DNA of 64,000 bases, taken from positions 21,018,001 to 21,082,000 of the forward strand of contig NC_087245.1 of NCBI RefSeq assembly GCF_037042905.1, given 5' to 3'. Position 1 is the first letter of the stretch, and the number at the start of each line of letters is the position of its first letter. The notes below the pieces were generated by a model that worked only from the letters and a program-made list of their open reading frames with translations, made no database searches and was not told the origin of the DNA. The DNA is from Lytechinus pictus. Lineage: Eukaryota. Made by a program: the position numbers and the translations under genes. Shown here one piece after another: positions 13,206-25,837 of the stretch.

Positions 13206-13417
13206 GAGGGAGTTTTACAAAGATTTAAGTATGACTTAAGTCGCACTTAAATGCTGACGCGTACATGATATGCAACGCACGATCTTATTGATAGGTACGT
13301 ATTAGTACGCGTCCTCATGACCCGATCTGAACAATGCGGTCAAGCCTTTCATACCTTATGCTACTCGGTATTTAAGTGCGACTCTAAGTCATACTTAAAT
13401 CTTTGTGAAACAACCCC
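13206..13417. mobile_element. MITE (Harbinger/Tourist-like), copy 1
   Basis: ~45-bp TIRs (..ACAAAGATTTAAGTATGACTTA(G)AGTCGCACTTAAAT / ATTTAAGTGCGACTCTAAGTCATACTTAAATCTTTGT..); homologous along its length to 49535-49745. Confidence 0.88.
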
Positions 13418-13603
13418 CTCATCCAAATTGTATTGTCTGTGCAGAAAAGGGAAGATACGCTTTGTGTGAGCCCTGTTTAATTTTGCAGTGTATTGAAAAG
13501 TGCCCCAGTCTTGTTTTAAAAAAGTCATGATGAAAATAATAATGATCAGTCCATTTATATAACTCAGTTACATGCATATACTCTACTGGGCTTAATACTT
13601 GGT

Positions 13604-13751
13604 ATCATTATTATAATATAATATTACCCCAGCTGTAGCTGAGCTGCTATAAAGGCACTAAAACATTCAAGGAGTAATCCTTCTGGGTACCCATTCACCT
13701 CACCTGGGTTGAGCGCAGCCAATATGGGCAAATTTCTTGCTGAATTAAAAC
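13604..13751 (-). mobile_element. tRNA-derived SINE family 1, 5'-truncated (tRNA head missing)
   Basis: Matches body and tail of 30467-30680 on the minus strand (TTCAGCAAGAAATTT...CCCAGGTGAGGTGAATGGGTACC...GGGGTAATA). Confidence 0.75.
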
Positions 13752-14075
13752 AATTATGTAATATCAAACTTATAAACTCATGTCCTTAACAGCCCCCTTG
13801 CACTTTAATGCACCTTCCTAATGCCACAGTTACACCAACGAAAACCGAATCCAAACCCATTTTACCAGTGTGACTGAGGTATTAATGTGCACCCATTCCT
13901 TTAATGTCAACCAATAGATTCAAAGTACATCATTATCCAGCTCATATACCATCTCTTGATTCCACCCATATTTTCATCTTCTCTGCAATCTTCAGTTTCA
14001 CTTCTTCTCATCATCTTGTCTGTGAAGCATCCATATGCTGGGGCCTTTACCCTTCACAGGCGACTGCTTACTTAC

Positions 14076-14147
14076 ATGACTGTGCCCAGTGGCACGAGAC
14101 ATCAGAGCCCCACGGTTTCTATCTCTGACCTTTTAAAAGACGAAAGA
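14076..14147 (+). CDS. Possible alternative first coding exon (24 aa, MTVPSGTRHQSPTVSISDLLKDER)
   Basis: ATG, 72 nt open, locally raised GC, moderate phase-0 donor AGA|GTAATC. Confidence 0.3.
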
Positions 14148-15823
14148 GTAATCAGCATTATGTTCGTGTTCTATTCTCATAAGGGTCTGTTCACATCATG
14201 TTAAACTGTCTCGCTTGTAGCTGCAGGCCTCTCCGGCAACACTAAGGAATTCTTTAATCAACCTCGATCGTACATGTAATTTCTTTGCTCCATATGAACC
14301 AACCAAAGTATGAGTGAAAACAGAATGGAATGTAGCACAAACAGATTAAAACAAAATAATCATTAGGTTAGTCAACATAGAATTGAAAGAATTTTGTGAT
14401 TTGAGTAGGGCATTTGTCTGAAGTCTTTATTTTCCATTTATTGTGTTTGATTTATTGAATAATTTAAATTACATGTTCAAGGAGAAATGCAACAGTGTTT
14501 GAAAATGTGAATGTTTACAAGTGTGAAGATATGTAACTGAATGTCATTAACACTAAATAGATATCTTTAGGAATGGCAATTTGACAAGAAAAATAAGTAC
14601 GCATGCTCCACAAACTTCCCAAAATGCATGATAACTGGTTTAGAATAAAGAAATCATGCAGTATTGAAATGCAACCAATGACTGTTCTATACTATTAGCT
14701 CATATGCAAATTCAAAAGCTTTCTCTTACATAAATTGAAGGGAAATATGAAAGATGTGAGTTTGGAATTTGATAATGCAGTAATGAAATTGCATTACAAA
14801 TTTTGTCTGCTCCACCATTAGGGGCAGCACACATGTTATAGCACTTAAGGTAATAAGGCCACAAACCAGAATCATGGTTGACTGACTCTTAAAATCCAGA
14901 GAGAATTTGTCAATGGTACAGAATTTAAAGAAATATTCACATAGATGAAATAACAAGTTCACATTTCGAGAGGGGATAGAGAGATATATATAATTACAAA
15001 AAAGACAGATAGAGAGACAGACAGACAAACAGAGCTTGAGAGATACAGTTTTAGTAGTGCATGGAAGAGGCTCAAAGCACAAAGGATATTGTTTATTCAT
15101 GACTGTGAACATGCTTCTTGTTGGCAACTATATGGAATAAGGATTATTTTCCTCCAAAAGAAAAAACAAGTTGACAAAAGGAGTGGGAAGTGTAATAAAA
15201 ATGTTCTGCCCCCTGTCGGAGTATGTTTGGTTTGTGTAACAAGTTTGGTTACATCATTCTAAAAAATAAAAGGCTTGACTCTCAAATATTGCTAATCACA
15301 TAATGCTATGCAAATTTTCTGAATTACATTTTTTTTTACATCAGCTTTCATTTTGGTTTATTGTCAAACAACCTTTTCCTGAATAAAAAGATTCATTTCC
15401 TGAGCATTTCATTAAAATAATCTTGATATTCCACGCAGTCGGTGTTGGATTCATGGATATTTTTGTTGAGTCTTGTCTCTTAGCCTCCTGCCTCTCAAAA
15501 CTATAATGCAATTAACAACAGAGGGAGCAATTCAACCATCAACCTGATGGTAACTCTAAAATAGCTTGAAGTTGAATTGCATTCTATTGCATTTCTATTT
15601 CAATACCAGCCAAATATGTATGGTGAAAATCATGAATAGAAAATATATGACTTGTTGAAGTAAGGAGAATATATTATCATTTATCACTTAAAGAATCACA
15701 TTGTAAGAATATTGTAGGTTCCACTGTACCAAAGAATATGAGAATTAAAACTAATATACCTCAAAATAATTTATTGATGTGTATGTTTCAACTTTGAGAG
15801 GATTAGATCAGTTATGGTCTATA

Positions 15824-16649
15824 CAGTGCGTCCCACAAAAAACGAAACCGAGATTTATCAATGATTTTTCATAGCTTTATCACAAATACAATAGATAAAT
15901 GACCTCCCATTTTGAAGCTTAGAATCTCCTCTTTCATCTGACAGTACTTAGACTATTTCTCATTCACGCATGAGTGAGCAAAAACAATTTGAAAAGGGGA
16001 TACCAAAAAGTCACTTGGCGGGCCGTATCTGGGTTTTAAAAGAAAACCACATTTTTAAAAAGTTCAATATCTGCTCTTTAATTTGATACCTCAATTACAG
16101 AAAATGGTCAAGAAATAAGAAAGTTCTGGTTATTTGAAATAAGGCTTGAATTTCCATAATTTCATAAAATGAAGAGGTTTTACAGGCTAGCGTTCAAACT
16201 CACTCCACACTCCGTTTTGTTGACGATCAGCCATGCATTAAGTCTTGTTAAGTTTTGTTACCGTGCAATAGCTTCTGTGGGAAACCGGTGAAAACACGTT
16301 TATTTAATGAAATTATGGAAATACAAGCATTGTTTCGAGGGATCATAACTTTTTTACTTCTTGACCATTTTCTGTGATTAAGGTATCAAACAAAAGAGCA
16401 GATATTGAACTTTTTAGTCATGTGATTTTCTTTTTGAAATTCAGATACCCCCCGCCAAATGAGTTTTTGGCATCCTTTCTTCGAATTGTTTTTGCTCACT
16501 CATGCGTGAATGAGGATTAATCTAAGTAATATCAGATGAAAGAGGAGATTCTAAGCTTTAGATTGGTAGGTCATTTGTCTATTTTATTTATGATTAAGTT
16601 ATGATAAATCATCGCTAAATCTCGGTTTCGTTTTTTCTGGGACGCACTG
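15824..16649. mobile_element. Tc1/mariner-type foldback MITE with ~350-bp inverted arms
   Basis: TA|CAGTGCGTCCCACAAAAAACGAAACCGAGATTT ... AAATCTCGGTTTCGTTTTTTCTGGGACGCACTG|TA; TA TSD; arm complementarity continues to about 16175/16295. Confidence 0.93.
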
Positions 16650-18098
16650 TATAAGGTTTTTTCCCCTTTCAAGTTACCAAATATGTCTTCTTACTTGTTA
16701 TGAAATTCATTTGAATTAACCTTTAGCTTGTATAAGATTTGTGAACAAATGCATTATATTGAAATGTCAGATGAGTGAAATAATTTTTCTGTGGATTTAT
16801 AATTCTTACTTTCATACCGATTATTATAAGTGATATGAATTATAGATTTTGCTTATAGATCATCCTGAATAGTTACAGAGATTTGACAATATATTTTCAG
16901 CAGGAGCGAATATTCAAAATGGCTCTCAGGAGAACTAATCCTTATATATGATTTTAAAAACATTTTCTCTATTTTGAAATAATTTTGATATTGTTTTGAA
17001 AAACAAAATTCCATATGAATCAAATGCAACACTATTAGATTGGTATTTTTGAATTATGACTGGTGTGTTTATATGATTCCAAAATACAGAATATTGATTT
17101 GAAATCTAGAAATATTAATCAGTAACTTTAGTATCAACATAGTTCATTGTTCATATAAAAAATATCAAATATAAGATAAAGCATGCTTGAGAAGTGTTAT
17201 GGATGTTTGCATTAGTAAATTAGGATGTTTTATTTTAGATTTCGCTGATAATAATTAGTGCTAAGTCAAACAAGTTGCATGTTTGTAAATTGATATGCAT
17301 GTGTATTATATTGATCTCATATCATATTATGATCATTGATGTTAGTTTGAAGAAAAAAATCGCTCCCCTTTCAACTTCTGACCCTGGTTGTCTATTTAAA
17401 TGTTTGTCAGGTAAGATTTCCAAGGATTTTTCTTTTAAATAAAGAATTGTTCTATTTCCTTTCATTTTTATCCCCTAAAATTTGGGATTTGGATGCATAC
17501 CCCCTTCCTCATTGATAGATCACATACCACTGAAAACAAAGATCTTGAGCCGTCAATCTATTTTGTTGGAAGAAATATAAATTTTTTTAATGCTGGATGG
17601 AACTACATTTTATATGAATTGAAGTAAAACTAGCTGCATTATTTATGTCTTCTATTTTTGTCCACGGCTGTTTATGAAATATTCACTAGTGGGATGAAGT
17701 TTTGTCAATCTTTAGGCAATATCTTTATGATGGTGATTTTGTGCTGTCAGTTTGACAGATAGTGATTATATCATCGGATTTAGATAAATATATGAAAGGT
17801 GTAGCTATTTTAAAGCAGATACGAACCAATAGCCCCATCTCCAGTCCAACTACTCATACCTGGCCAGTTTCCTGACCCATAATGCTAGTGTAGTCTAGTT
17901 ATACAGTCCCACTTGAATGATAACATGTTAATTAACTACTCAATACATTTATACCACAATAATTATGTTACCCAGTAGCAAAACCATTTTTTCTCTCTCA
18001 AAACATTTTAGTTTCTCTATACAAATACAATTATAGGTCAATTTATTCTCTGTAGTAGGCTATTAGTATATATTTGAAAACATACATTTTAAGACCAT

Positions 18099-18904
18099 GG
18101 GTGCGTTTATCCGCCACTTTTTTACCCTAGAATCATGATTTGAATCATGATTCTGCAGAATCACGATTGCGTTTAGTCGAAATTGAATATAATCATGATT
18201 AGAATCACAAACATGAAACACGAAAAAAGGGGCGTTTGGAAAGACGTTTCTGCAGAATCACGTACGAAAATGTTCGAATAAACGATATCGTGATTACAAT
18301 CATGATTATATGACCTCACTGTTGTGTCGGGCTACTTTCGGTTTGACTCTTGCCAAGCTCAAGGCGCTCTATATGCTCATTGTATGTACATGACTATGAA
18401 TTCATTTCTTGTCATGTTCAAGTTCTGTGTTGGTCATCGCATCGTCCACTACTTTTCATTTTTTGGTCATGTCTTCAACTTCAAGTTCTAGTAAATGAAT
18501 TAACTGGACAGACAATGATCTCAGTTGTTGTTGAGTATACAGTATCAATATCAAATTGGATCTACGCTGAAATTCACTTCCGAACACCATTTTGGATAAA
18601 CTAACAAGATGAATAGAAGCATATGGACCCTTTATGATAGAAGTAAACAAAATGAGGTATAGACTGAATTCTGATGGAAGCAAAATAATTTTTGAGAGCC
18701 GAAACACGTGCGAAAAACTTCCTCTGTCAAACTGCGCACTAGTGATGCGCACTGGATTGGCCCGAATCTGAGGAGAAACAGCATTGGAATGAAGGTCGTC
18801 TAAACGCTAATTCTGTGATATTGTGATTCATGTTTGTGTTTTGAATCATGATTCAAATCATGATTCAAATCATGATTCTGGCTTGAGGTCGCATAAACGC
18901 AGCC
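18099..18904. mobile_element. Non-autonomous TIR element (PIF/Harbinger-like) with subterminal AATCATGATT repeats
   Basis: CAT|GGGTGCGTTTAT ... ATAAACGCAGCC|CAT (12-bp TIR, 1 mismatch, 3-bp TSD); tandem palindromic AATCATGATT units at both ends. Confidence 0.85.
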
Positions 18905-19128
18905 CATGTCTTTATAACACACAGTCAATGAGAGACCACACACTGTTCACTTTCCCTTACTTATCTGCCTCAATACAAAATTAAGATATGATCTCTATCT
19001 TTCTATATTATTCTAGAATACTCTCTAGGATCCTGTGGCACAAAACTTAAAAATTGATTGTACAAATGATTTTCAGGTTTGTGATCATTCATATAACATA
19101 TACAATGATCAATTGCTTAGCTGTGTGT

Positions 19129-19155
19129 ATGACTATCGCAAGCAGCCTCGGACAG
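19129..19155 (+). CDS. Possible very short first coding exon (MTIASSLGQ)
   Basis: ATG plus 27 nt, strong donor CAG|GTAACC, phase 0; short enough to be chance. Confidence 0.22.
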
Positions 19156-19419
19156 GTAACCTTTTAAAGTGAAAGTATCCTTATTACTGCAGTGTCTATT
19201 TAGTTGGTTTATCAGTACCTTGGTTCTCTTAATAAAGCCAGGCACTCGGGCGAGGAGTGGAATTGCTTTCAGTGGAATCAAACAAGCGGAACTTTGCCAT
19301 TTTTATTATTTTTTTTTAAATGAGAGTGGATCCAAGTGTCTTCTTTGGCCGGTCAGGCATGCATGGCATATGATGTCAGGAATGACAGATTCAAGTTTAT
19401 TGCATATCTATAGAGCGAT

Positions 19420-19620
19420 GAGAGAGGAGGGGGGGGGGAGAAGGAGAGAAAGAGAGGGAGATGGAAGGAAAAAACAAGGGATGATTGGTGGGCTGGGAAA
19501 GGGAAAAAATAGAAAGCGAAAGAAGCAGATGGTTCAAGGAAAGGAAAATAAAGAGATGGAGAAAAGAGGAAGATAGTGAGAGGCACGAGGGGAGGAGGCA
19601 TGAAGTGGAAGGGGTCGATA
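19420..19620 (+). repeat. GA-rich low-complexity tract
   Basis: Purine-only runs including a G run at about 19429-19438. Confidence 0.8.
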
Positions 19621-21974
19621 GTAAAAGATTAAGAAATTGTGAATAAAAAAGTAAACGTTTTAATTTGTTAATGATATTTCTTGGGATTTAAAGAATTAAG
19701 AAACAGGCAAGATAAATTATTCATTTATCTCTGTTTAAAGAAATATGTCAAAAAATTATTACTTCGAACATTTCTGTTGAATACTTTGGAATCATTGATG
19801 TTGGTAATGATAAGAAGAGTATAGACAGGAAATGATACCTGGCACCAAAATATTGCAGAAGTAGAAGACGAGAATAAGACAAAGAGCAAGAAATAGAAAA
19901 GGAAGAAAATATAGGTGATGAAAGAGGGAGTGAAGATAGGGAGAAGTGGCAGGATATGATTTTTCTACCAGCTGTCGGTAGGTCGCCGTGACCTTGCTTC
20001 ACACGACATGATATTGGGAACGCACGCCAGTTATTCCAAACATAGCTCGGTGTGAGATTATAGTGCTATTGGTAGAAAGATCCACTGTGCAAAGTCGGGG
20101 TCGTGTTGGAGTCTGGATTGTGTACCTCCGAACAAGACGTCCATCGATGGTGGTGGTAGTGGTGGTGGTTTTGATGGTGGTATAGAGAAAGGCTTGGAGC
20201 AGCTTGAGTATACATGTGGTATAGGTTCCACTTATTGTAAACAGAGCACGTGTCCAGCAGTGGCTTCTCCTATACTACAGTTCTAACTTCTCAGAGCAGT
20301 TCCTATTTGTATGTGAAGCTCCGGATATGATAACTAGGTCATAACAGAGAAGACCTGATTTGCAAACCACAGACTTCAATTCATTACTTATAGTGACAAT
20401 TAATCTATGTTTGATCGGTAGCATCGACTTTAAGGACTCCTCGCGCTCCAAAAACAAGCATCAAAAGACATTTCTATGCTGTTATTCCGCTTCATGAGAG
20501 ACTACCAGGGTAAGGCTATGTGAAATACCTTTCCTCTCGACATCTTAATAGAAGCTAAGAATTCTCCTGCACAGTGGAGCAAATCAGCAAGCATGTTTTA
20601 ATCTCAACTTTGTCAGTGATTAGTTCAGTGTAACAAGAGGAAACCATTCAGGAGTTCACTTTTGTCAACAGCCATTTTGTAGTCTTCTACAAAAGAAAAG
20701 TTAGGCTTTTCAAGGACTAGACACATTCTTACACCACTTTTTTCCCTGTTTCTCCATGGTTGCTTACCTTTTGCAAAAGCATTAACAGTGGAACTTCTAC
20801 CAGTTTATTTTGCTGAATTTCTTTGTTATACAGACCAGTTTTGATGAGCCAAAGTGTTGTTTTTTCATTATTTTCTGAAGAACAATATAACTCACCTGAT
20901 AATATTTGACAAGAGTTATAAGACAGACAGCATTCAGACTTCATTCGAAATTGGGACACCTGCTATAGTGAGGTATCTGTTTCTCCGAGTTGTTTGAGTC
21001 TTATTATTTAGGATCAAACTATTGTATTTTTTGTCTGGGACTCAGTGAGCAGACGGGAATCATCTTTTGAATTCAAACTTGCATGGGGTATTATACTATT
21101 CAAATCAATCAGAGTGACCTCAATTCATTCACACAGTTCACCAACTGAGCTTGTTTATTGAGGTATATCAATAAGGTCATTTTTACCTGTGCTTTATTGA
21201 TATGTTCTATCACTTCACAGTTACTCTGTTTTGTGAATAGTTTGCTTAATACTGTCAGTGTGTTTATGCATGGTGGAATAGTGGAGAGACCAGACCAGTG
21301 ATTCGGCACTGTATGATTCTCTACATGGTTGATTTCAGGTGCTCAGCCGGGCACCCTTTCTTTTCAAAGTAGATCGATGCACATCACAAAGATCACTCCG
21401 TAATTCTATCTCAGGAAGGCTACCAGCAGTTTTGTCTCTGTCATAAGTAACTTATAGCAGCCATTTAGCAACAAGCTTGGTAAAGTGGATTGCCTCATTA
21501 ACCTGAATGGGATTGTGTGCTACAAATAACGGAAGAATCACAACAACTTGAGAAAGTCATTTTACTTTTAGCCGTTCCACCGCAGCAGAACATCAAATCG
21601 TCTATATCGTTTGAGAGGATCGAACGTTTCGATATAGATATTAGAAGTGCATGTGAACTTTATGGATATTGTGATGAAGGAGAAATATGACTTTTCTAGG
21701 CTCCATGCATGCCACAGCAAATTGAGGCGATAGTCTCCACTCGGCAGCGTGTTTTCCGAATGGGGTCATAAATTGAGAAATCACCTTTTAGATTTTCTTG
21801 AAGAGGCTGACCAATTTGCAAAAAAGTCTTTAATGCATCAACGTACTCTGAGTCTGTTTCGTATGTTATTGTTTAAGTCTTCCAAAGGTTATATGCAGAG
21901 CTATACAAATATTCGGAGTGTTCATTTAAACAGAAATGTTTTATGGACAGCGTCATTTCTATGTTTGATGTTCT

Positions 21975-22040
21975 ATGGAATCATACGCGGTCTTCCTCTT
22001 GTCAACAGGGCGAATTAAGGAGCTGGTGTGTGCCGTCTTA
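21975..22040 (+). CDS. Possible alternative first coding exon (22 aa, MESYAVFLLSTGRIKELVCAVL)
   Basis: ATG, 66 nt open, donor TTA|GTACGT in phase 0; could instead be a uORF in the leader of the 22666 exon. Confidence 0.25.
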
Positions 22041-22665
22041 GTACGTATGAATTTATTTTGACGTGGAAATAAAAGAGCTATCTTTGTCAATGCCTTCATA
22101 AATGCATTATACGAGAAAGGAAGTAAACTAAGCTATTGGCTTTGATAATTGGTTATGATGCAGTGGAGAAAAACAGTGGAAGAATTCAACCTGGACAGAC
22201 ACCGGAGTGACATGTCATTGCAAAGATTTCAAATTAACTTCTGATGCATTCCTTTAGTGATTATATGTACGAAGTGTATCATCCTATCTGAATTTCTGGG
22301 AACAAAAGTACAACTGGCAAGTAACTAGTAAAAATAAAAACATTAATACCACCTGTTCTTCCAACCATATCATTCTAAAGCAATATAAAAGTTATAGTAC
22401 GTCATCTTATACATTCCTGCTGGCTGTGGAGCTATACGTAATAAAGTTGCATGCAGCCGTTTCCCAGAGCCCTCGAACCTAAGGTACCAGCACCTGATAA
22501 ATCAGATATCCAATATCTACAAACTATTGATTCATAACCTTGGAAACAACTGAAAGTATCACCTGGCTAGACTTTGAGTGATACCACTTAACTGAAGTGA
22601 GTTTATCTGGTGACCATTTGTTAGCTTATATTGACCCTACTGGACCCACTGCCTTCCTAAGAGTG

Positions 22666-22746
22666 ATGGGTGATCAGAACCAGTATGACTCCTACGGGTC
22701 ACTTCCAGGAGAGTTTTCATCAGAGGACGACGACGGTAGTGACAAG
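22666..22746 (+). CDS. Candidate alternative first coding exon (27 aa, MGDQNQYDSYGSLPGEFSSEDDDGSDK), phase-0 donor
   Basis: ATG in GTGATGG context, 81 nt open, acidic protein-like peptide, strong donor AAG|GTAATT. Confidence 0.6.
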
Positions 22747-24076
22747 GTAATTGAACTTAACCCATTGGCTTCTGAACTCTGTGGTTCCCATGCATTTTGT
22801 ATAGGGACCACCTGGTTTCAGTTGGCAGCGGGGTCAGAACAACTTATTGATATCTACATTTCATATTTTACAATTAAAGCCTGTATAAGATTTAGGTTAA
22901 TTCAATTATTCGATTAAGAGTGGGATAAAATAAATTATAAATCATGTTAAAAAAGATAGGAACAAATTCTGGTATAAGCGGGTTAAACTTACAATGGAAA
23001 TGCTGGGTGTAAGTACAAATTTTGGCCCAAAGATTAAATAGTTTACATGTTGTGTTTGGTAAAAGCAGGGAATTGGTAAACATTGCAGGATACAATATTT
23101 GTATATAGTTTTCTGATATGCAATAAGAATATCTGTAGGATGAATATTTAAAGGATCGTAATGACGAAAAATAGTGAGGCCTGCATTCTTGGGAAAGAGA
23201 GAAAAATCTTAATGTATCAGACAAATTCTAATTTTCACAGAAGATCAAGTGTTAAAAAAAAAGATCTAACGGTCACTGACCTTTGAATGTAAGAATAACC
23301 TTTTTCATATAATATTGAAAAGTTACCAAAACTTACACAGGCTTTAAAGAATAATAATGGCATGAGTAATAGCCACATTGATAAACTTTGGCATTACAGT
23401 AGCACATAATCTATTTTTTTTTACCACAGGTTGCTTCCATTCATTGAAAGAGAAAGATATGAAATCATAAAATAGATCTGTATCAGTGACTGCTATAGGA
23501 TTGTATGCTTGCATGGTCCATGGTTCAGGCATATAATTGCTGTGTACTGTAAACAAGCAAAGTGATTTTAGAACATGCAGTATTTGATTTGTATTTCTGG
23601 TTGTGCTATGTTTGCATGGGAGAGCTAGTTTAAAGCGGTGCATGGGGAAATAGTAGAATAAGACACAGGAAAGATGGAGAGAGAGAGAGAAAGAAGTGGA
23701 AGGAGAAAGGGTAGGCAGACATAACCTATATATTGTCATTAAAAGTGAGGAAGAGAGAGAGAGATAGATAGACAGACAGACAGACGGAAACAAACAAAAA
23801 GACAGAAAAACAACCCAAAATTACTTATCAGGAGAAAAGCAAGCGCATTTGGCATACCTGGGAGGCCGAGGAGGGGGTGGGGGATCAGGGTCAAGGATCA
23901 AGTCAAGCAACCCCGTTTCTATCTCTCTTCCCTTTTTTTTTTGGGGGGGGGTTGATACTCATCAGGGGATGGACGATTAGCCACATATGTTACTGGTATG
24001 GTGAATGAAAAGCAAGCATTATTTATAGTGCATTTTGAATGATGAAATCTGCACAAAGAATACAAAATAAATTTAA

Positions 24077-24606
24077 CCCTTTGGACCCTGAATTTATTGG
24101 GACGATTGTGACCCTCACCCTTGATTATAATCAGATATCCAGCTTATCAAGGAATACTTGACAATGAAATACATGATCTCCTATTGTCATGATTCGAGCA
24201 CAGCCATGCCAGCGGCACCTTAACTCCGCTGATACCCTGCCTGGCCTGAATGGTGCTGATTAGCTTCCCGTACTAACAATAATCTAAAATTCTGTATGAA
24301 AATCACTGCGCGTATTACGTATACAACTCGCCGTGCAATATCGCACTAGCTTCCTTTGTATGATAGAATATTTTGGTCATTTTTTATGCTAAAACCTTAT
24401 AAATGAAAGCCAATCGTCATTGAAAGTATAAACTGAAGTTATCGACTGAATATCTCTAAAATGACTATTTTTAAAGGTCATCTGTTATTGTAGTATCTTA
24501 AATTCTTTCTTTTTGAATCACATGACTTGGAGCCGGTATTTCGGGTTTTTCGGGTATACGCGCGTTCACGGTGAAGCTGGTATTCCGGCTTTTTTGGTTC
24601 AAAGGG
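24077..24606. mobile_element. piggyBac-like MITE
   Basis: TTAA|CCCTTTGGACC ... GGTTCAAAGGG|TTGA (TTAA TSD with one change, CCC/GGG termini); CpG-rich interior. Confidence 0.75.
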
Positions 24607-25668
24607 TTGAGAGCATCTTTAAATGGTGAATTATACTTGTACAGAGCATGATTATACTTATATAAAGTACTCTACATTGTGGTAAAAGGAACATGCAGAC
24701 ATATAAATGGTACGGTATGAAAAAACCTTTTATAACATAACTGTTGGGAAAGTTGAGCAATCTTATGGACCGTTCAGTCCATTTGGATTGGATGTGAGGA
24801 GAGGTTGTGGCATCTTAGGGATATTCCACCAAGTTTGAGTTATGAATTATTGCTTGAAATATGTGACAGGTTCACAAGACCCATAAAGAGGCATCCATAT
24901 AAATATTTTTTTTAGGAGACAGGGGATATATTAATCAGACATGTTTAGATTATCCTCATTAACAAAATAATATATAACTGAAATGTTATATAATATACAC
25001 TCTTGACATATCATAGAAAGAAAATAATTTTGACTATTGGTATCGTCAGGTGGGTCCAAACATTGGACCATGCCCACAACAAGACTTGTATCATGATAAA
25101 TGATTAAGATGTCTAGACTTGAGTAGAATGATTCACTAATTTTGCTTGTCAATTACTTTGATTCAGATATTTTTTTGCGCTCAGACAACCATATATCATG
25201 TCCGAACAGACATACATGAATTTCAAAGCTGAAAGCTGAATGACAAAAGTTTGAACACGTGGTAAAGTTTGCAATACATGACCATGCCTAAACCCACATT
25301 CATTTAGTGCAGTAAAGTGATACTCAAACATTTACATGACATATATTGAGGAAAGTATATTTGCCTTTCAACTCCCAAGTAATAATTGTGTTTGAGCTTT
25401 ACTCGGATCTATCTGGAGAAATAGAGAATATTAGATTTTGTTCTTTATTACATTGGTATATTAATATGGAAGGGAATATAGTGCAGAAGTTCTGTATATT
25501 CCCATAAGAATCTAAACAAGTTTAGGCCAAAAGATAATTAAGCATTTGTTTGAATAAGATGATTTCATCAATGTTTAATTAGTTATACTATTGTAATTTT
25601 TCGCCTTCAGTTGTTTTTGTATTCTACAAGGTTTCTAGGTATTTCTGTTTTGTTTGTTATATTATACA

Positions 25669-25813
25669 CAGGGGCTGTGGAATGGTTTTGAAAGTGGGGG
25701 AGGGGAGGGGGGCTGATCATGCATAAAATCACAATCAGATGGTCATTTTACATTTTTTGTACACGATTTGGGGAAAAAGTGCCCCCCCCCCCTCTGGTTC
25801 CACGACGTACATG
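25669..25813. mobile_element. Degenerate short hAT-like MITE with internal G-run and C-run
   Basis: Starts CAGGGGCTGTGGAA, ends ..TTCCACGACGTACATG; GTGGAA/TTCCAC complementarity and facing G and C runs; TSD not clear. Confidence 0.45.
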
Positions 25814-25837
25814 CTAATTCTGATGATATCATTTCGT

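Noticed and set aside
18120-18880. CRISPR-like or satellite array of GAATCATGATT
   Set aside because: No regular repeat-spacer structure; these are subterminal repeats of a TIR element in eukaryotic DNA.
22757-22986. TTAACCC...GGGTTAA piggyBac-like ends
   Set aside because: TIR similarity beyond the terminal bases is too poor to define an element.
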